A DNA stretch of 64,000 bases from an uncultured cyanobacterium (GTDB lineage: Bacteria; Cyanobacteriota; Cyanobacteriia; Cyanobacteriales; CAWCAG01): the NCBI GenBank assembly GCA_963793425.1, contig CAWCAG010000009.1, forward strand, positions 32,001-96,000, given 5' to 3'. Position numbers and translations under genes: made by a program. Below are positions 11,381 to 19,022 of the stretch, piece by piece. The first letter of the stretch is position 1. The number at the start of each line of letters is the position of its first letter. A model generated the notes under the pieces. It was given only the letters and a program-made list of their open reading frames with translations. It was not told the origin of the DNA and did not search any database.

Positions 11381-11413
11381 AGAATTTTAGCTACGATCGC
11401 CAGTTTTAAATTT

Positions 11414-13099
11414 TTAGGTTTCTTTTTTCAATACAGATACTTCAAAGGGTTGTAAAGTTGAGGGCAGGTCTATAATTTTGTCAGCTCCCCAGACATTGGA
11501 AACCAGTACTTGCCAGCTTTCTCTAGGGATATATTCGTCTAATACTAAGTCCTTTTCATAGGCAAAATTGATGATGATTAAAACTTTTTCAGCTTGAGTT
11601 TCTCGAAGATAAGCTAAATGTTCATAAGGGTAATGAATTAAAGTTTTCCAGCTACCAACACGTAAAGCTTCGCTATTTTTTCTAGCTTTAATTAACTGTC
11701 GATAGAAATTTAAGATTGATTTCTGGTCTTTTAATTGTTTGGCAACATTAACTTCCTGGTAATTTTGATTTACTGGTAGCCAAGGTTCTGTATCTTTACC
11801 AAAGCTAAAACCAGCATTAACAGTATCATCCCATTGCATAGGAGTACGTCCCCCATCTCGTGGCGGTGGTAACTCTCCCGTTGCACTTTTAACTGTTGCA
11901 TGATCTTTCAGCTTTTCTGGAGGAATATCAAGATTATCAACCATGCCAATTTCTTGACCATAATAGACAACCGGAGTCCCTCTAACTGTTAACAAAATGG
12001 CTGCTGCTGCTTGGGCAATTCCTAATTCATTGCTACATAAACTACATTCATTCCAACGAGATAAATGTCTCGGAAGATCATGGTTATCTATAAAGTAAGT
12101 TGGCCATGCCCCTTGAGGTGTGATTAGCTCTTTTTTCGCAATTTCTCGCTGAAGATTTCCAGGATACCAGGGACTAAAAGGAAATTCAAAAGTAAATGCC
12201 AGATGTAATTCATCATTATTAACACCATAAAAAATAGTTGAGTCGTAGATCCTATTGTCAATAAAAGTTTCACCAATTAAAACTCGCTCATCATACTCAT
12301 CAATTATCTTTCTTATTGCTCTGATAATATAATGATTTTCAGGCAAATTCTTATCATATAAATGGCTTTGATTATGATAATTATTTTTATCAGTTGCACC
12401 AAATTTAACAGGATTAAAGCGATAGTATTCATCTTTGCTATAAACACTAGAAGCATCTAAACGAAAGCCATCAACCCCTTGATCTAACCAAAACCTAATT
12501 ACTTGGTAAACAGCTTCTTGAACTTCTGGGTTACGCCAGTTTAGATCCGGTTGAATAGTATTAAAAGTATGGTAATAATATTGTTGTCTGGTTTGATTAA
12601 AAGTCCAACCTGTTCCCCCAAAATAAGATAGCCAATTGTTAGGAACTCCGCCATCAGGACTAGGGTCTTGCCAATGATACCAGTCACTTTTAGGATTATC
12701 TTGGCTAGAACTAGATTCAAGGAACCAACTATGTTGATTAGAAGTATGATTAACTACTAAATCGAGAATTACTTTAATACCTCGTTTATGGGACTCTTTG
12801 ATGAGAGTTTCAAAATCTTTAAAATTACCAAATGTGTCGCTGATACCATAATAATCACTGATATCATAACCATTATCAATCATGGGGGATTCGTTAATCG
12901 GAGACAACCAAATAGCATCAACTCCTAAAGATGTTTCACTGTTAGGATTACCATCATTGAGATAGTCTAATTTATTAATGATTCCTGGTAAATCTCCAAT
13001 GCCATCGCCATTCCCATCAGCAAAGGTAAGGGGATATATTTGATAAATTACGCCAGTTTGCCACCATTTTGAAGAATCAGATTTTACATCTTGGGCCAT
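11414..13099 (-). CDS. GH13 alpha-glucosidase / oligo-1,6-glucosidase-like enzyme
   Basis: WWQTGVIYQIYP, DGNGDGIGDL, DLVVNHTS, GVDGFRLD, NHD motifs. Confidence 0.9.
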   Translation of the reverse strand: MAQDVKSDSSKWWQTGVIYQIYPLTFADGNGDGIGDLPGIINKLDYLNDGNPNSETSLGVDAIWLSPINESPMIDNGYDISDYYGISDTFGNFKDFETLIKESHKRGIKVILDLVVNHTSNQHSWFLESSSSQDNPKSDWYHWQDPSPDGGVPNNWLSYFGGTGWTFNQTRQQYYYHTFNTIQPDLNWRNPEVQEAVYQVIRFWLDQGVDGFRLDASSVYSKDEYYRFNPVKFGATDKNNYHNQSHLYDKNLPENHYIIRAIRKIIDEYDERVLIGETFIDNRIYDSTIFYGVNNDELHLAFTFEFPFSPWYPGNLQREIAKKELITPQGAWPTYFIDNHDLPRHLSRWNECSLCSNELGIAQAAAAILLTVRGTPVVYYGQEIGMVDNLDIPPEKLKDHATVKSATGELPPPRDGGRTPMQWDDTVNAGFSFGKDTEPWLPVNQNYQEVNVAKQLKDQKSILNFYRQLIKARKNSEALRVGSWKTLIHYPYEHLAYLRETQAEKVLIIINFAYEKDLVLDEYIPRESWQVLVSNVWGADKIIDLPSTLQPFEVSVLKKET

Positions 13100-13126
13100 A
13101 TTTCAATTATTTCCTGATAAATAAAT

Positions 13127-13765
13127 ATGATGAGTATCAGAACTAAGGTTGATCAAGAAGCTATTATAGCCACTTGGAGACAATCTCTAGGAAGACTACT
13201 ACATTTTTATGATCGCCGTCGAGGAAAATTGAAGCGATTTTTTCCTCGCCTCTTCATTTTCTTCGTATTCCTCAATATAACTTGTTATTGGTGGGCTATT
13301 GTTAGTGCTTATCCAGAAGCAGCTTTCGGTGAAGAGAAACTCCACTATTTTTTGATTCAGTTTCCTGTGGGTTTGTTGGGGGCTTTGTTTGATACCCTCT
13401 CTTTTTTTATCACTGTTTATATTGCGAAAAAAGCTTTAAAAACCACTTCAGTAACCAGTTATTTAGCCCATCTTAGTGTTGATATTATTATTGCCATTAT
13501 TGCCACTTGGTGGGTACTTTTTGTCTTTTCCTTTTCTGGTTGGTTAGTTAGTTTTGTGCAACACAACCCAGAATCTTTTACTCAACGCAGCTATGTTTAC
13601 GAACAAAGATTAACGGAGGCGATCACAAACCCTACCAACAAAGGAAGTCTCAAAAATATCTATTTTGGTTTTGTTGTGGGCATTTCTGCTATGCTACCGA
13701 CTTTTACTCATCTTTTCTTGTCGGTACGTGCTATAGCCAAAAATTTATTGACGAACAAAAATTAA
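13127..13765 (+). CDS. Hypothetical membrane protein
   Basis: 212-aa ORF with about four hydrophobic helices. Confidence 0.65.
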   Translation: MMSIRTKVDQEAIIATWRQSLGRLLHFYDRRRGKLKRFFPRLFIFFVFLNITCYWWAIVSAYPEAAFGEEKLHYFLIQFPVGLLGALFDTLSFFITVYIAKKALKTTSVTSYLAHLSVDIIIAIIATWWVLFVFSFSGWLVSFVQHNPESFTQRSYVYEQRLTEAITNPTNKGSLKNIYFGFVVGISAMLPTFTHLFLSVRAIAKNLLTNKN

Positions 13766-13907
13766 CAATATGTCGTCTTTTGTTAAATATGGTTCATACC
13801 TTGATAGGATAGTCTTAAAATAAACTAAAGATATGTAGACGGAACTAGGGAAATCGTGTTTATCCCACTCAGGATAGAGTTTTTTAAGAAATTACCTAAT
13901 AAAAAAA

Positions 13908-14354
13908 ATGACTGAAAGTAGTACTGCTGCCAAGAAAACCACTACTAAAGCCAAAACTACCCCCAGCCGTAGTAGTAGTGCGAGTAAAGAAAATGCTAAG
14001 GAGGAATTAGCTTTGGCTACGAAAGAAGAAACAAAAGAAACAAAACAACCCCTAGAGTTGGAAACCCAAGCCCCCACTGGCGCGATAGAATTGAGTCCAA
14101 AAATGACTTTGGTGGGCAATCGCCCTGTTGAAGCTAGTCATCTCGAATTATCAGACAACTTTGTTGCGGGAGGCCATATGCGTCCTGTGGTTAAAAGTGA
14201 TTTAGAGATTGTCGCTACAATGTCCTCTTCTGGCATTCGCCCAATCACTGCTAGTCATCTGAACATTAGCGAAACCTATAGAGTGATGGGAAATCGTCCT
14301 GTGGCTTCCAATGAAATTGATGATCCTACTACTTTAATGGGTTATTTGGATTAA
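13908..14354 (+). CDS. Hypothetical protein with four RP(V/I) motif repeats
   Basis: Low-complexity N-terminus; GNRPV, HMRPV, GIRPI, GNRPV at about 20-aa spacing. Confidence 0.65.
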   Translation: MTESSTAAKKTTTKAKTTPSRSSSASKENAKEELALATKEETKETKQPLELETQAPTGAIELSPKMTLVGNRPVEASHLELSDNFVAGGHMRPVVKSDLEIVATMSSSGIRPITASHLNISETYRVMGNRPVASNEIDDPTTLMGYLD

Positions 14355-14357
14355 GAT

Positions 14358-14392
14358 GCTAGTGGCTAGTGGCTAGTAGCTAACGGCTAGTT
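14358..14392. repeat. STRR-like heptamer tandem repeat (GCTAGTG)n
   Basis: gctagtg gctagtg gctagta gctaacg gctagtt; related heptamers near 25454, 26730, 39014, 43705. Confidence 0.6.
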
Positions 14393-14572
14393 GACAATTC
14401 TTTTTAAATAAAACCTGGCGATCGCCTAAACTTATAAGATTATAAGTAGCTGCGATCGCTATTTAATTGATAATTGTCTAATTTTGCTATTATCGTAGAC
14501 TAAAATTAATAACTGAATTATTGTTCGGCTTGCCCTTGCCGTTAGGCATCATTGATAACTGATAACTGATAA

Positions 14573-16894
14573 ATGAGTTTTCTTAGTAATCTTAATTCTT
14601 CTCAACGTAGTGCTGTAGAACATTATTGTGGCCCTTTGTTAGTTGTTGCGGGGGCGGGTTCAGGTAAAACTAGGGCTTTAACTTTTCGTATTGCTAACTT
14701 GATTGTTGAACATAAAGTTAATCCTGAAAACATTTTCGCCGTAACCTTTACCAATAAAGCGGCTAAGGAAATGAAGGAACGGATTGAGAAATTATTTGCT
14801 AATAAATTGGCAGAGGCTAAATATGGTCAACGTTTAGACTTGTTGCCTCCTCCTCAACAAACTCAATTGCGTTCCCAGGTTTATAAACAAACAATCAAAC
14901 CCCTTTGGATTGGAACTTTTCATAGTTTATTTGCACGAATTCTGCGTTTAGATATTAATAAGTATCAAGATGAATCAGGGCGACAGTGGCAGCGAAACTT
15001 TTCTATTTTTGATGAATCTGATGCTCAAAGTTTGGTAAAAAATATTGTCACTAAACAGTTAAATTTAGATGATAAAAAGTTTAATTTTCGTTCTGTACGT
15101 TATGCCATTAGTAATGCGAAAAATCAGGGTTTATCTCCCCAGGATTTCTTGAAAGAACAACCTAATTATCGCGGCAGAGTAATTAGTGAAGTATATAACG
15201 AATATATTAATCAACTAGCAGCTAATAATGCCCTGGATTTCGATGATTTAATCTTAGTTCCCTTAAGAATTTTCCAACAAAACGAAACAGTATTAGGCTA
15301 TTGGCATCGGCAGTTTCGTCATATCTTAGTAGATGAATATCAAGATACTAATCGCATTCAATATGAATTAATTCGTCTTTTAAGTACTAATGGTGAAACC
15401 AACAAAGCTAGTTGGGATTGGCGCGATCGCTCGGTTTTTGTCGTAGGAGATGCTGACCAATCTATTTATAGTTTTCGCATGGCAGACTATAAAATCTTAT
15501 TGGAGTTTCAAGAAAACTTTGGTGATGGTTTGCCTGATGATGATACGAGAACAATGGTTAAATTAGAAGAAAACTATCGTTCTAGGGAAAATATTCTCGA
15601 AGCTGCCAACCAACTTATTAATAATAATACTCAACGTATTGAAAAAGTTCTTAAACCTACAAGAGGTTCAGGGGAACCAATCTATCTTTACAAAGCAGAT
15701 GATGAAATAAGAGAAGCAAAATTTGTTGTTAATAAAATTCGTTATTTAGCCCAAGAAAACCCAGAAATAGATTGGGGCAGCTTTGCGATTTTATATCGTA
15801 CTAATGCTCAATCTCGTGCTTTTGAAGAAGTATTGCGGGGGCAAATTCCTTACTTAATTGTGGGGGGTTTAAAGTTTTATGATCGTAAAGAAATTAAAGA
15901 CGCTTTAGCTTATTTAAGGGCGATCGCTAATCCAGCCGATACCGTGAGTATTTTAAGGGTAATCAATACTCCCCGGCGGGGCATTGGTAAAGCGACCATC
16001 GAATCCCTTTTAGGGGCTTCTCAAGAATTAGGTATTCCCTTATGGGAAATTCTTAAAGATGAAACTTCTGTTAACACCATGGTAGGGCGCAAAGCTAAAG
16101 CGGTTAACAAGTTTACGGAGGTAATTAAGAAGTATCAAGAACAAATTAACAACCTCAGCGCCACGGAAATTATTCAAGGAGTGATGGAAGATTCTGATTA
16201 TGTTGATGATTTGAAAAGTAAGGGAACCGATGAAGATGCTAACCGCCTAGAAAACGTCTACGAATTATATAACGCGGTGGCACAGTTTCAAGAAGAATAT
16301 GAAGATAAGAGTTTACAAGGTTTTTTGGCAAATGCTTCTTTAGCGTCAGATTTAGATAATTTAGAAGATGGGCAAAAAGCGGTTTCTTTAATGACGTTGC
16401 ATTCTGCCAAAGGGTTAGAGTTTCCCATTGTGTTTATGGTGGGTTTAGAACAAGGATTATTTCCCAATATCAGAAGTTTAAATGACCCCACTTCTTTAGA
16501 AGAAGAACGTCGTTTATGTTATGTGGGCATTACCCGCGCCCAAGAACAGTTATTTATTAGCCACGCTAGGGAACGTCGTCTTTGGGGGGCAAGGGATGTG
16601 GCGATACCTTCACAGTTTTTACAAGAAATTCCTCGCGATTTGGTTGATAGCAAGGTGACGAAAAGTTTTAGTACAAGTTTGCGACGTAAGAAGGCTAAAA
16701 CTGAGGCGAATGAAGTTAGTAATGGGGTTAAGTATAGTTGGGAAAAAGGTGATTTGGTGTTACATAAAACCTTTGGAGAAGGAGAAGTTACCCATGTTTT
16801 TGGGGAAGGAAACAAGATGAATTTAGCGATTAAGTTTCCTGGTTTAGGTCAGAAGATTATTGACCCGAAGATTGCTTCTTTGGAAAAGTTGTGA
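14573..16894 (+). CDS. pcrA: ATP-dependent DNA helicase PcrA/UvrD
   Basis: VVAGAGSGKT, VDEYQDTN, VGDADQSIY, LEENYRS, TLHSAKGLEF, EERRLCYVGITRA motifs; C-terminal Tudor-like domain. Confidence 0.95.
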   Translation: MSFLSNLNSSQRSAVEHYCGPLLVVAGAGSGKTRALTFRIANLIVEHKVNPENIFAVTFTNKAAKEMKERIEKLFANKLAEAKYGQRLDLLPPPQQTQLRSQVYKQTIKPLWIGTFHSLFARILRLDINKYQDESGRQWQRNFSIFDESDAQSLVKNIVTKQLNLDDKKFNFRSVRYAISNAKNQGLSPQDFLKEQPNYRGRVISEVYNEYINQLAANNALDFDDLILVPLRIFQQNETVLGYWHRQFRHILVDEYQDTNRIQYELIRLLSTNGETNKASWDWRDRSVFVVGDADQSIYSFRMADYKILLEFQENFGDGLPDDDTRTMVKLEENYRSRENILEAANQLINNNTQRIEKVLKPTRGSGEPIYLYKADDEIREAKFVVNKIRYLAQENPEIDWGSFAILYRTNAQSRAFEEVLRGQIPYLIVGGLKFYDRKEIKDALAYLRAIANPADTVSILRVINTPRRGIGKATIESLLGASQELGIPLWEILKDETSVNTMVGRKAKAVNKFTEVIKKYQEQINNLSATEIIQGVMEDSDYVDDLKSKGTDEDANRLENVYELYNAVAQFQEEYEDKSLQGFLANASLASDLDNLEDGQKAVSLMTLHSAKGLEFPIVFMVGLEQGLFPNIRSLNDPTSLEEERRLCYVGITRAQEQLFISHARERRLWGARDVAIPSQFLQEIPRDLVDSKVTKSFSTSLRRKKAKTEANEVSNGVKYSWEKGDLVLHKTFGEGEVTHVFGEGNKMNLAIKFPGLGQKIIDPKIASLEKL

Positions 16895-16918
16895 TAGTAA
16901 GCTCAAAAGTTACATAAA

Positions 16919-18936
16919 TCTGTGGGTAGAGTTAGTTCTATTGGGGGACTAAGCCCCCCAAACCCGCATCTCAGGGAAACAAGTGTTTCCCCACACCCCT
17001 TCCTAACCGCTTCGCTCTTGGTTGGTTATGTTTGGCTGGCTAATTCCTGGTTGCTTTATCGTCGGAGATAGGCCTGGTGGTAGGGTGCATTGGGATTTAG
17101 GCTCGTTCCTTCTTTTGATTAGTCTGTGGGTAGAGTTAGTTTTATTGGGGGATTGACCCCCCAAACCCGCATCTCAGGGAAACAAGTGTTTCCCCACACC
17201 CCTTCCTAACCGCTTCGCTCTTGGTTGGTTGTGTTTGGCTGGCTCATTCTCGGTTGCTTTATCGTCGGAGATAGGCCTGGTGGTAGGGTGCATTGGGATT
17301 TAGGCTCGTTCCTTCTTTTGATTAGTCTGTGAGTAGCGTTAGTTTTATTGGGGGACTAAGCCCCCCAAACCCGCCCAGCAGGGAAACAAGTGTTTCCCCA
17401 CACCCCTTCCTAACCGCTTCGCTCTTGGTTGGTTATGTTTAGTTGGCTAATTCCTGGTTGCTTTTTCGTCGGAGATAGGCCTGGTGGTAGGGTGCATTGG
17501 GATTTAGGCTCGTTCCTTCTTTTGATTAGTCTGTGGGTAGAGTTAGTTTTATTGGGGGACTGACCCCCCAAACCCGCATCTCAGGGAAACAAGTGTTTCC
17601 CCACACCCCTTCCTAACCGCTTCGCTCTTGGTTGGTTATGTTTGGCTGGCTAATTCCTGGTTGCTTTATCGTCGGAAATAGGCCTGGTGGTAGGGTGCAT
17701 TGGGATTTAGGCTCGTTCCTTCTTTTGATTAGTCTGTGAGTAGCGTTAGTTTTATTGGGGGACTAAGCCCCCCAAACCCGCCCCTCAGGGAAACAAGTGT
17801 TTCCCCACACCCCTTCCTAACCGCTTCGCTCTTGGTTGGTTATGTTTAGTTGGCTAATTCCTGGTTGCTTTTTCGTCGGAGATAGGCCTGGTGGTAGGGT
17901 GCATTGGGATTTAGGCTCGTTCCTTCTTTTGATTAGTCTGTGGGTAGAGTTAGTTTTATTGGGGGATTGACCCCCCAAACCCGCATCTCAGGGAAACAAG
18001 TGTTTCCCCACACCCCTTCCTAACCGCTTCGCTCTTGGTTGGTTATGTTTAGTTGGCTCATTCTCGGTTGCTTTATCGTCGGAGATAGGCCTGGTGGTAG
18101 GGTGCATTGGGATTTAGGCTCGTTCCTTCTTTTGATTAGTCTGTGAGTAGCGTTAGTTTTATTGGGGGATTGACCCCCCAAACCCGCATCTCAGGGAAAC
18201 AAGTGTTTCCCCACACCCCTTCCTAACCGCTTCGCTCTTGGTTGGTTATGTTTAGTTGGCTAATTCCTGGTTGCTTTATCGTCGGAAATAGGCCTGGTGG
18301 TAGGGTGCATTGGGATTTAGGCTCGTTCCTTCTTTTGATTAGTCTGTGGGTAGCGTTAGTTTTATTGGGGGATTGACCCCCCAAACCCGCATCTCAGGGA
18401 AACAAGTGTTTCCCCACACCCCTTCCTAACCGCTTCGCTCTTGGTTGGTTATGTTTAGTTGGCTCATTCCTGGTTGCTTTATCGTCGGAAATGGGCCTGG
18501 TGGTAGGGTGCATTGGGATTTAGGCTCGTTCCTTCTTTTGATTAGTCTGTGGGTAGAGTTAGTTTTATTGGGGGATTGACCCCCCAAACCCGCATCTCAG
18601 GGAAACAAGTGTTTCCCCACACCCCTTCCTAACCGCTTCGCTCTTGGTTGGTTGTGTTTGGCTGGCTCATTCTCGGTTGCTTTATCGTCGGAAATGGGAC
18701 TGGTGGTAGGGTGCATTGGGATTTAGGCTCGTTCCTTCTTTTGATTAGTCTGTGAGTAGCGTTAGTTTTATTGGGGGACTAACCCCCCAAACCCGCATCT
18801 CAGGGAAACAAGTGTTTCCCCACACCCCTTCCTAACCGCTTCGCTCTTGGTTGGTTGTGTTTGGCTGGCTCATTCTCGGTTGCTCTGTCGTCGGAGATAG
18901 GCCTGGTGGTAGGGCGCATTGGGATTTAGGCTCGTT
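16919..18936. repeat. Non-coding tandem array of ten 203-204-bp hairpin-containing units
   Basis: Unit starts (TCTGTG) at 16919, 17123, 17326, 17530, 17733, 17937, 18140, 18343, 18546, 18749; last unit truncated at about 18936; no ORF in the track. Confidence 0.97.
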
Positions 18937-19022
18937 TTTGAAATCGATGATAATCAGTACTCTTGTTTTACTATATTTTTCCTGATTTCGGTATTTCCGC
19001 AAAACTGAAATGCTTCCTCTCC

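Noticed and set aside
16919..18936. CRISPR array
   Set aside because: The whole 203-204-bp unit repeats; there are no unique spacers and no cas genes in the window
16919..18936. Protein-coding repeat or tandem hammerhead ribozymes
   Set aside because: Period alternates 203/204 with no ORF in the track; I found no CTGANGA...GAAA hammerhead core on either strand by eye (a covariance search would be needed to exclude other ribozymes)
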